A stretch of DNA of 64,000 nt from Candidatus Aldehydirespirator sp. (GCA_965248735.1 OZ252146.1:1764154-1828153); one strand, 5' to 3'. Shown: positions 44,341 to 51,747, numbered from the stretch's first letter. A program made the numbers and translations. The notes: generated by a model not told the origin, from the letters alone.

Positions 44341-45666
44341 GTGGCACTCGAAGCACAACCGGCACGGCTGATCCCGGTAGCGGGGATCGCCGGCAACAAG
44401 GAGTCCGAGTTGCGGGCGGCGTCTGCGCTCTTGGCGGTGTTGTCGATCGTACGGCCGTTCTCGAAGGTGCTGCTCACACCGCTGGGGGCGCCCCGTGGTT
44501 CTAGGGCGAGCGTCGAGGCGTACACGGAAGTCACCTACGACGCACCAGACGGGCGCACCGTCCGGCCTGACGGACTCGTGCGGGTGTCGTTCGGCAGGAG
44601 CATCTTCGAGGCTCTCGTAGAAGTGAAGACTGGCGACGCGAAGCTCGACGTTGAGCAGATCAACGCGTACGTGGAGATTGCCCGCAGGCATGACTACGAC
44701 TGTGTCGTCACCATCTCGAATGAGATTGCACCATCGCCGGGAGTGCATCCAACCGACGGATTGCGGATTAGGGCCAACTCCAAGGTGCAGGTTCACCACA
44801 TGTCATGGACGATGATCCTCGCCGAAGCGGTGAAGGAGCACACGCATCGCGGTGTGGAAGACCCGGAGCAGGCTTGGATCCTCAATGAACTGATTCGGTA
44901 CCTTGAGCATCCGAACTCGGGTGCGCTGGCGTTCTCCGACATGGGTGTCAACTGGACGACCGTGCGTGACGGTGCCCGTGAGGGAACCCTCGATCGGCGA
45001 GACAGCGCGGTCGTCGAGGTCTGTCAGCGCTGGGACCAGCTTCTTAGGTTCGTGGCGCTGAAGCTAGGGGTCGAGATCGGTTCCGATGTCCAAGAGGTGA
45101 TACCAAGGGCGCATCGAGACGACGGGCAGCAGCGCAGCCGGGCCTTCGTCGAGTCGATCTGCGAGGACGGCACGCTCTCCGGCACTCTCCGGGTGCCGGA
45201 CACAATCGCCGACATGGTCGTTGTCGCCGATTTGAGGGCCCGCCTCGTGACGACCGGCGCCACCTTCGATGCGCCTCGTGACCGGGGCGGCAGGGCTCGG
45301 GTCACCTGGCTCACTCGGCAGTTGCGCGATACCGAAGGGTCGCTGATCATCGAGACCTACGGGCGGGGAGCCAGAGCCCCTGTCGTGTCGACTCTGGAGC
45401 AGTTGCTGGAGGATCCGAGATCCGGGCTCGGGGAGTCACGCAAAGACCCCGTCCGATTCCGTGTGCTGCGGCGTTCCGAGATGGGGCAGGGGCGTCGCTC
45501 CGCCCGCAAGCCGGGCTTCATCGACGCGATCCTTGACGCCGTGACCGTCTTCTACGGCGACGTCCTCCAGAACCTCCGAGCCGTCACACCGCCGGCGCCG
45601 CGCCTCGAACGCCGGCCGGACGTCGAGTCTGAGAGCGACTCTGCATCATCTGACCAACAGCAGTAG
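44341..45666 (+). CDS. Uncharacterised 440-aa protein with an N-terminal PD-(D/E)xK (Mrr-like) nuclease-fold core
   Basis: AGGAGG at 44331-44336, GTG at 44341 (alternative GTG at 44326). RPDGLVRV...FEALVEVKTGDAKLDVEQINAYVEIARRHDYDCVVTISNE fits D...E-x-K. The remaining ~300 aa match no family I recognise. Confidence 0.7.
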   Translation: MALEAQPARLIPVAGIAGNKESELRAASALLAVLSIVRPFSKVLLTPLGAPRGSRASVEAYTEVTYDAPDGRTVRPDGLVRVSFGRSIFEALVEVKTGDAKLDVEQINAYVEIARRHDYDCVVTISNEIAPSPGVHPTDGLRIRANSKVQVHHMSWTMILAEAVKEHTHRGVEDPEQAWILNELIRYLEHPNSGALAFSDMGVNWTTVRDGAREGTLDRRDSAVVEVCQRWDQLLRFVALKLGVEIGSDVQEVIPRAHRDDGQQRSRAFVESICEDGTLSGTLRVPDTIADMVVVADLRARLVTTGATFDAPRDRGGRARVTWLTRQLRDTEGSLIIETYGRGARAPVVSTLEQLLEDPRSGLGESRKDPVRFRVLRRSEMGQGRRSARKPGFIDAILDAVTVFYGDVLQNLRAVTPPAPRLERRPDVESESDSASSDQQQ

Positions 45667-45739
45667 ACGCGGTGGTCTAGCCACGATCAGCCGACAGTCT
45701 TGCGCTTACGCTTCGCCGAGGGACACCGATCTTGTTTGC

Positions 45740-45965
45740 ATGGCGGACACCTTCGAGAGTCGGAAGTTCAGCTCGGACGAGCTCGCCGCGATCAAGAAGA
45801 GTCGCCGCCGTTCGCCGCGGCTGGGAGAGGCGAGGGCCGAGGTCCAGACCTTCCGGGCGCCCGCCGAGCCTCATGGACCGCATCAGGGAGCGAGCCGCAT
45901 CCGACGGCACCACTGAGAGCCAGGTGATCAGCGACGCTCTGGACGCCTATCTCTCACGAGGTTGA
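45740..45965 (+). pseudogene. Frameshifted RHH (CopG/Arc-like) antitoxin-type gene
   Basis: ATG at 45740 gives MADTFESRKFSSDELAAIKKSRRRSPRLGEARAEVQTFRAP. The RHH core SLMDRIRERAASDGTTESQVISDALDAYLSRG-stop (to 45965) is in the next frame. A 1-nt indel near 45856-45866 joins them. Confidence 0.65.
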
Positions 45966-46081
45966 GGCACAGCCGGGGTCCCTGCGTAGCGGCTCACTCG
46001 CTCGCCGCCGCGGTTGGGAGAGGCGAGGGTCCAAGGCCGTTGATGCGCTTGCAGCAGGAGTAACGGCCTGAGCTACGAGGT

Positions 46082-46603
46082 CTACCGCTTGGAGATCTGT
46101 CGGCGTGTCCGGTCGTCCGCCAGCGTCGCGATGCAGAGGATGTCGAGTTGCTCGGGGCACTGCTTGTGTGCTGAGGCGAGCGCATCGACTGCTCGTTGCG
46201 CGCACCGTAGCGCGTCCGACGCATCGAGCTTGGTGCATGAATAATCGTGGTCGTAGTCGGCCAAGTGGCGCAAGACATAGAGCGTCTCGAAATTGGTCGC
46301 GAAGTCCAGCAGGTCAGGATGGCAGGCGGGGTTGCCGTGAAGCCAAGGCACCGATCCTGAGGATCGCAGGTCCGAACAGGCGCGCCGCGCTGCTCCGTGG
46401 CTGACGAGTCGGCACACGGCTCGCCTCGCGGCGCCGGGCGGGTAGTGACGGGCGACTTCTGCCGTGAGGGCTGTGAATGCCGCATAGTAGGCCGTCGAGA
46501 TTGCCCGCCGAAGCCGCGGCTTCCGTGGCCGGCCCCGACCGGTGGGCACGAGGTGGCGGGCTGCGTCGAGCAACCCTGCTGGGCTGAGTTCGGACGATGC
46601 CAT
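46082..46603 (-). CDS. HEPN-domain protein (putative toxin)
   Basis: 173 aa. LRRAISTAYYAAFTALTAEVA helix and LRHLADYDH (R-x4-D/H-type HEPN motif). 7-nt spacer after the upstream small gene. Confidence 0.65.
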   Translation of the reverse strand: MASSELSPAGLLDAARHLVPTGRGRPRKPRLRRAISTAYYAAFTALTAEVARHYPPGAARRAVCRLVSHGAARRACSDLRSSGSVPWLHGNPACHPDLLDFATNFETLYVLRHLADYDHDYSCTKLDASDALRCAQRAVDALASAHKQCPEQLDILCIATLADDRTRRQISKR

Positions 46604-46610
46604 GGCGCCC

Positions 46611-46940
46611 TCAGGCTGTTTGGAGCAGTGCGCCGCGCTGGTGGCCGGGTTCTGACAGCTCGTCGGGGGTTCGGAACAGGCAGTGCGCCGTGCCGGCGTC
46701 GCCCACCGTGTCGTACGTCCGCTTCCGGTACCCGTCGAGCACCTCCAACGGCCACTCCTCGTCGTTCGGTGCCGGGATCTCCCACGTCACGAACACGATC
46801 CACCGGTCGTCGTAGTCGTAGTCCGGCTCGAACGAGACGTATCGAGCACGCGCCGCGTCCCCCTCGGAGCGCAACGTCGCGTTCAGCTCCTGGAGGTTGC
46901 TCTTGGTTTGCTCCAAGAGATCCATAGTTTGAGTGTACAT
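46611..46940 (-). CDS. Small acidic protein, upstream partner of the HEPN gene (copy 1); family unknown
   Basis: ATG at 46940 after GGAGAAGGG. 109 aa (MYTQTMDLLEQTKSNLQELNATLRSEGD...WEIPAPNDEEWPLEVLDGY...). No MNT-type GS-x-G/DxD motif. Confidence 0.65.
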   Translation of the reverse strand: MYTQTMDLLEQTKSNLQELNATLRSEGDAARARYVSFEPDYDYDDRWIVFVTWEIPAPNDEEWPLEVLDGYRKRTYDTVGDAGTAHCLFRTPDELSEPGHQRGALLQTA

Positions 46941-47096
46941 ACGCGTCCCTTCTCCGGTGAGACGGCTGCCGGGCGATCCCCCCGGCGGAGCGAGGTCCTC
47001 GCGGTTAGCCTTGAAGATCACCGATCATAGTTCTTTGCATTTTAACAGCATAACATATATTGAAATAGAGTTAAAGGTGTAGAATATGACGCCATC

Positions 47097-47250
47097 ATGG
47101 GCCGCATCGACACGTTCGAGTTGGTGCCGACGACCGAGGGCGACCACCGCCGGGCACTGGCGCATCAGCGGCTGCTCGCGTTCCAGAACCTCCGAGCACT
47201 CACACCACCGGCGCCGCGCCTCGAACGCCGGCCGGATACCGAGTCCGAGA
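47097..47250 (+). pseudogene. Mosaic scar: internal VapC fragment fused to a 3' fragment of a 44341-45666-type gene
   Basis: 47097-47180 (GRIDTFELVPTTEGDHRRALAHQRLLA) parallels vapC 39932-40015. 47181-47250 (QNLRALTPPAPRLERRPDTESE) parallels 45571-45640. Confidence 0.75.
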
Positions 47251-47260
47251 TCCGGTTCCT

Positions 47261-47380
47261 GTGCGGTTCCCGCCCGAGATGCTCGAACGGGTCAAGGCGG
47301 CCGCCGAGGCCGACGACCGTTCTGTGTCGTCATGGATCCGCCGGGCCGTCGACCGCACTCTTCAGGCCGGGCAGTCCTGA
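47261..47380 (+). CDS. Short RHH (CopG-like) ORF, possibly a remnant
   Basis: GTG at 47261. VRFPPEMLERVKAAAEADDRSVSSWIRRAVDRTLQAGQS-stop. Classical beta-strand plus two-helix RHH pattern. Only 39 codons and fused to the scar upstream. Confidence 0.4.
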   Translation: MRFPPEMLERVKAAAEADDRSVSSWIRRAVDRTLQAGQS

Positions 47381-47449
47381 CCCGCGTCTGTCGGCCTGCG
47401 GCGAGATTTCAACTCCCGATCTGCGGTCCTCAGTTCCATAGCCGCGATC

Positions 47450-47566
47450 TCACCGTGTTGCACTTGCGCGTCGAAGTCGAGGCTTGCGCGGGCGACCCCG
47501 ACCCGTGGGCACCAGGTGGCGGGCTGCGTCGAGCAGTCCTGCCGCGCTGAGCTCTGCCGTTGTCAT
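47450..47566 (-). pseudogene. Truncated second copy of the HEPN gene (38 codons)
   Basis: MTTAELSAAGLLDAARHLVPTGRGRPRKPRLRRA matches the first 34 residues of 46082-46603, then diverges and stops. Confidence 0.75.
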
Positions 47567-47573
47567 GGCCCGT

Positions 47574-48863
47574 TCAGGCCGGCTGGAGGGGGGCGTCCCG
47601 TGGAGTGGTGGGCTTTGGGGTTGAGCCTCGGTGTTGGTTGCCGGGTGTGAGCTCGGCTGTGGCGATGGTATCGCGCTCGGGGCTGAGGGTGGCCATGGAG
47701 TGCTCTGAGAGGTAGCGGCGCTCGGTGGCCTGCCATTCGTCGTGGAGGTCGGCCAAGATGGCGCCGACGAGGCGGATGGCGGATGCTTCGTTGGGGAAGA
47801 TCCCCACGACGCGTGATCGGCGTTTGATCTCTTTGTTGATGCGTTCGAGTGGGTTGGTGGACCAGATCTTCTGCCAGTGGGCCCGAGGGAACGCGGCGAA
47901 GGCCAGCACCTCGGGCTTGGCGTTGGCCATGAGCGCTGCGACTTTGGGGAATCGGGCGCCGAGCTGGGCGGCGACTTCGTCCCAGGCGTCGCGCACGGCG
48001 TCGGCGTCGGGCTGCGCGAAGACGGTCCGGAACACTGCGGCGGCCATGTGCTGGTGGGTGCGGGGCACCAGCGCCAGAAGGTTGCGGATGAAGTGCACCC
48101 GGCATCGCTGGCGCCCGGCGCCCTGGATGGTGCGGTCCGCGGCGGCGCCGAGCCCGGCGTGGGCGTCGGCTATCACCAGGCGCACCCCGGTGAGCCCGCG
48201 GGCTCGCAGCGAGCCCAAGAAGTGCTGCCAGAACCCCTCGCTCTCGCTGTCGCCGATGTCGCAGCCCAGGATCTCCCGGTTGCCGTCGGTGGTGACGCCG
48301 GTGGCCACGACCATCGCCATCGAGACGACCTGGGAGACGCGGTTGCGCACCTTGAGGTAGGTCGCGTCCACATAGACGTAGGGGAACTCGACATGGTCCA
48401 GGCGCCGTCCCCGGAACGCCTCCACCATCTCGTCGAGCCCCGCGCAGATGCGCGACACCTCCGACTTCGATATCCCCGACTCCGCGCCCAGCGCGGCCAC
48501 CAGATCATCCACCGAGCGGGTGGACACCCCGGCCACATAGGCCTCCATGATGACCGCGTGCAGGGCCCGGTCGATGCGCCGGCGAGGCTCGAGCACCGAC
48601 GGCAACAACGAGCCCTTGCGCAGCTTGGGGATCCTCAACTCGACGTCGCCGGCCTGGGTGGCCAACAGCCGCGGCCTGTGCCCGTTGCGCTCATTCACAC
48701 GAGCGTCGCTGCGCTCATAGCGCCCCGCGCCGATCGCCTCGGTGACCTCGGCCTCGATCAGCTCCTGGAGCACCAGACGCACCGCGCCGCGCACCAGCTC
48801 CGCACCGCCACCGGCGCGAAACGTCTCCCACAGCTGTGCTGTGTCAGTATCAGAAAGGGTCAT
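47574..48863 (-). CDS. IS256-family (mutator-type) transposase
   Basis: ATG at 48863 after GAGGAGG. 429 aa with typical IS256 features (GVSTRSVDDLV, YLKVR, DAHAGL, QRCRVHFIRN, STNPLERINKEIKRR). The ORF runs through the IR and stops at 47574-47576 in flanking DNA. Confidence 0.9.
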   Translation of the reverse strand: MTLSDTDTAQLWETFRAGGGAELVRGAVRLVLQELIEAEVTEAIGAGRYERSDARVNERNGHRPRLLATQAGDVELRIPKLRKGSLLPSVLEPRRRIDRALHAVIMEAYVAGVSTRSVDDLVAALGAESGISKSEVSRICAGLDEMVEAFRGRRLDHVEFPYVYVDATYLKVRNRVSQVVSMAMVVATGVTTDGNREILGCDIGDSESEGFWQHFLGSLRARGLTGVRLVIADAHAGLGAAADRTIQGAGRQRCRVHFIRNLLALVPRTHQHMAAAVFRTVFAQPDADAVRDAWDEVAAQLGARFPKVAALMANAKPEVLAFAAFPRAHWQKIWSTNPLERINKEIKRRSRVVGIFPNEASAIRLVGAILADLHDEWQATERRYLSEHSMATLSPERDTIATAELTPGNQHRGSTPKPTTPRDAPLQPA

Positions 48864-48980
48864 CGGTGTGTCCTCCTCGATGAGTCGGTGATTTCTCTCA
48901 CCGAGGATCACGCCGATGACCCCCCTAGTGGTGGACCCCAGCGGCTACCTCAAACCCCACCACTCGGTGGGACACTGCCC
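47589..48980 (-). mobile_element. IS256-family insertion sequence (about 1.39 kb) with 8-bp target-site duplication GGCTGGAG
   Basis: Imperfect terminal IRs (GGGGGCGTCCCGTGGAGTGGTGGGC at 47589 vs the reverse complement of the 48980 end, GGGCAGTGTCCCACCGAGTGGTGGGG). GGCTGGAG at 47581-47588 and 48981-48988. Joining the flanks restores a sequence colinear with the uninterrupted paralogue at 46600-46625. Confidence 0.85.
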
Positions 48981-49303
48981 GGCTGGAGCTGTGCGCCGCG
49001 CTGGTGGCCGGGCTCCGACAGCTCGTCGGGGGTGCGGAACAGGCAGAGCGCCGTGCCGGCATCGCCCACGACGTCGTCGGTCCGCTGCCAATACCCGTCG
49101 AGCAGCTCCAGTGGCCACTCCTCGTCGTTCGGCGCCGGGATCTCCCACGTCACGTACACGATCCACCGGTCGTCGTAGTCGTAGTCCGGCTCGAACGAGA
49201 CGTATCGAGCACGCGCCTCGTCCCCCTCGGAGCGCAACGTCGCGTTCAGCTCTTGGAGGCTGCTCTTGGTTTGCTCCAAGAGATCCATGCGTTGAGCGTA
49301 CAT
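48950..49303 (-). CDS. Small acidic HEPN-partner protein, copy 2 (C-terminus altered by the IS insertion)
   Basis: MYAQRMDLLEQTKSSLQELNATLRSEGDEARARYVSFEPDYDYDDRWIVYVTWEIPAPNDEEWPLELLDGY... is highly similar to copy 1. The last 9 codons and the stop lie inside the IS right end. Confidence 0.6.
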   Translation of the reverse strand: MYAQRMDLLEQTKSSLQELNATLRSEGDEARARYVSFEPDYDYDDRWIVYVTWEIPAPNDEEWPLELLDGYWQRTDDVVGDAGTALCLFRTPDELSEPGHQRGAQLQPGSVPPSGGV

Positions 49304-49430
49304 ACGCGTCCCTTCTCCGGAGAGGCGGCTGCCGGGCGATCCCCCCGGCAGCGAGGTCCTCGCGATCGCGCTCACTCGTGTGATCGTGCACGTACCCGTG
49401 CGAGGGCCACCGCAGAGTGGTGGGTGACCG

Positions 49431-50156
49431 TCATGGCCGTGTTGACCACGAGAAAGGGATCGCAAGTTGGCGCTCCCACCAATGCGCTACCTCGGGACGC
49501 CAGTCCGGGTTTATCCGCCGCGCGATGACAACAACGGCTGACACTGCGGCACCTGCCTCTTCCAGTGCATAGGCAGCCGACTGCGACCTTGCCCCGGTGG
49601 TGAACACGTCGTCGAGCAGCAGCACGCGGCGTCCAGCGATTCTTGTTGTCGGCTCGAAGGCTTGACGGTTGGGCCTGCGGTGTGCCGTCTCACCGGGCCC
49701 TCGCCGGAGCAGTTGCTCGAGCGGGCCACAACGATCGGCTCCATTGTCCGAGAGTGCTCGCTCGAGTGGATGAGGCGGCTCGCGATCGGTGGAGGGCACG
49801 ACGCACACGGCGTCCCAACGTCCCAGACGGTCAGCGAGCGGTGCGCTGTGTTGGATGAAGAATCGCTCGACGAGCGCGGCGACCTCCCGGCTCAGTCGCC
49901 GGCGCGTCGACACATCCTCGCTGTCCTTGTAGTTCCGCAGTCGATCTCGCATCGGCGAGGGCTTCGCGTAGAGCGACATGGGCACCACCGGGCGGAGCGT
50001 CCCGAGGCTTTCACGGCAGACGGTGCAGCTGTCGCACAGTTCCGCTGTCTCATCGCGATGTCCCCGGCATATGGGGCAGACATCGGGGCCGTGCGTCGGA
50101 ACGGTGACGCAGTCGGGCGCGAGCGAGTCGCCGAGAGCGGCGAGCGCCGTGTTCAC
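49431..50156 (-). CDS. ComF-like phosphoribosyltransferase (PRTase) with N-terminal Cys-rich zinc-ribbon
   Basis: GTG at 50156, 1 nt after the dprA-like stop. CPICRG...CDSCTVC. PRPP-binding loop VLLLDDVFTTGARS. Confidence 0.8.
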   Translation of the reverse strand: MNTALAALGDSLAPDCVTVPTHGPDVCPICRGHRDETAELCDSCTVCRESLGTLRPVVPMSLYAKPSPMRDRLRNYKDSEDVSTRRRLSREVAALVERFFIQHSAPLADRLGRWDAVCVVPSTDREPPHPLERALSDNGADRCGPLEQLLRRGPGETAHRRPNRQAFEPTTRIAGRRVLLLDDVFTTGARSQSAAYALEEAGAAVSAVVVIARRINPDWRPEVAHWWERQLAIPFSWSTRP

Positions 50157-50157
50157 C

Positions 50158-51096
50158 TCAGGTCCGGAGGGCCAGGTCCCGGATCTCCGATATTGAGCAC
50201 ACCAGATGGACGTTGTCGTGAGCGGCGGCGAGCGAGCGTGCCCAGGGCCGTCTGCCCAGCACCGGCGCCCACAGCAGCACCGGCCGGTTGAACTCGAGGG
50301 TGTAATCCATCTCGATGCGAGTGCCGCTGAGCTCTTCGGCCTCGACGACGACGCTGGCACAGGACAGTCCGGCGGTCACAGCGTTGCGCGCCGGGAAGCT
50401 GGTCTTGGATGGGCGGAGGCCGGGAGGAAACTGCGACACGACTGCGCCGTTGAGGACGATCCGTTCGACGAGCGGGCGATTCTCCGGCGGGAAGACCACG
50501 TCGATGCCTGTGCCGACGACGGCAGTCGTGCGTCCGCCGGCGTCCAGAGCTCCGCAGTGCGCGGCGGTGTCGACACCCCGGGCGAGCCCGGAGACGACAG
50601 TTGTCCCGGCGTCGGCGAGGCGGGCGCCGAGCGAGCGTGCCGCATCGGTTGCCTGCTGGCTCGCGTCTCGGCTTCCGACGATGGCGATGGACTCCGCGCC
50701 GTTGCTGGCGAGCGAGCCGCGGACGAACAGGATCGCGGGCGCATGGGCCGTAGCCGAGAGCAGTTTCGGATAGTCCGGAGAATCGGCCAGGACGATATGG
50801 AAGTTGGCGTAGCGCATGAACAACCCGGCGAGGGCGGCTCGCCACTTGTCTGCACCGTCCTCAAGAGGCTCGTCGAACGGCAGGCGCTGCAGATCGTTCG
50901 CAGTCCACCAGCCGTCGCAGCGTTCGGTCTGCTCGGCCGACGCCAGCAGGTGCACGACCTGATCGTCGGACCAAGACCAGTCGAGGGGCGCATCGAAGCT
51001 GTCGCCGGTCGCGGTCGTCGTGCTACTCCTGCCTTCGTTTCCCCAGGTCGAATATACAACGCTTGCTCCGCCAGGCGAGCAGCTGCTGCGGCGCAC
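50158..51096 (-). CDS. dprA: DprA/Smf-family (DNA-processing protein A-like Rossmann) protein
   Basis: SIAIVGSRDAS...VVSGLARGVDTAAHCGALDAGGRTTAVVGTGIDVVFPPEN...FPARNAVTAGLS..VVVEAEELSG are canonical DprA motifs. The N-terminal boundary is uncertain (GTG at 51096 or a later GTG near 50990). Confidence 0.8.
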   Translation of the reverse strand: MRRSSCSPGGASVVYSTWGNEGRSSTTTATGDSFDAPLDWSWSDDQVVHLLASAEQTERCDGWWTANDLQRLPFDEPLEDGADKWRAALAGLFMRYANFHIVLADSPDYPKLLSATAHAPAILFVRGSLASNGAESIAIVGSRDASQQATDAARSLGARLADAGTTVVSGLARGVDTAAHCGALDAGGRTTAVVGTGIDVVFPPENRPLVERIVLNGAVVSQFPPGLRPSKTSFPARNAVTAGLSCASVVVEAEELSGTRIEMDYTLEFNRPVLLWAPVLGRRPWARSLAAAHDNVHLVCSISEIRDLALRT

Positions 51097-51395
51097 TCCT
51101 GTGGACTGCCGTGGCGGAGCAACTGGTAGTCGTGGCGGTCAACGGGCAACCCTCCGAGGCGGTAGTCCTCCAGACTCTCGTCGATCCGAGTCCATTCCTC
51201 AAGCGCCGAACCGCCGAATATGCCGACTGGGACTACTCCCAGTCCGTCCGCTCGTGCTCGCTCGATCTCGTCGGCCGTACCAGATCCGCCACCAACTGCT
51301 AGGACGATCGGATCGGCGGCCTCGCGGGCGATGGCGGTGATCGCGTCAGCTACGCCGGTGCGACTCACAAGCAGAGGGCCGTCGAGCGGTCCTCG
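51075..51395 (-). pseudogene. SLOG/LOG-like Rossmann fragment (GGGSGT motif) with no in-frame stop before it runs out of frame through the dprA-like gene
   Basis: Frame A reads ...VSRTGVADAITAIAREAADPIVLAVGGGSGTADEIERARADGLGVVPVGIFGGSALEEW...AAAAARLAEQALY, then continues as low-complexity read-through to 50376. Only about half a domain is present. Confidence 0.5.
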
Positions 51396-51592
51396 TCGGC
51401 GGCCTTCATGAAGTTGCGGCTCTTCCTGTTGCCAATGTGCAGAGTCACCGACTAGCCGCTGGATCGTGTGGCGAGCCACACGATCCCCGCCACACTCGCC
51501 GACCTCACGCACACCATCAAGGGCCCGGTCCAACGCGCGGCCAGAAACCGCTCCATCCGATCAGCCGCAGTGTCGCTGAGAGCCGCGGTGGC
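51372..51592 (-). pseudogene. N-terminal fragment (about 75 codons, internal stops) of a second HKD/PLD nuclease gene
   Basis: ALSDTAADRMERFLAARWTGPLMVCVRSASVAGIVWLATRSSG-stop-SVTLHIGNRKSRNFMKAADEDRSTALCL-stop parallels residues 2-75 of 43552-44250. DNA is alignable with 44060-44250. Confidence 0.75.
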
Positions 51593-51747
51593 GCTGGGGT
51601 TGTGCGGCTGGGCTGGCGCGGGCAGCTGGTTCTTGGCGCTCGCGACTGGTGGACAGAGCCTGGCAGGCCGAGACCAGCCGACATGGTCGCCCATTTGCAC
51701 GAAGGCAATCCGCCGCCGCAGGACCGCGACAGGCACTAGATTTCGCG

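Noticed and set aside
47086-47550. ORF-track entries 47086-47550(+) and 47097-47441(+) as intact genes.
   Set aside because: Their translations are concatenations of fragments homologous to three different genes in shifting frames, so they are treated as a recombination scar rather than functional CDSs.
51040-51100. Programmed -1 ribosomal frameshift joining the SLOG-like frame to the DprA-like frame.
   Set aside because: I found no X-XXY-YYZ slippery heptamer or obvious downstream stimulatory structure in the overlap. A mutational frameshift or recombination joint is the simpler explanation.
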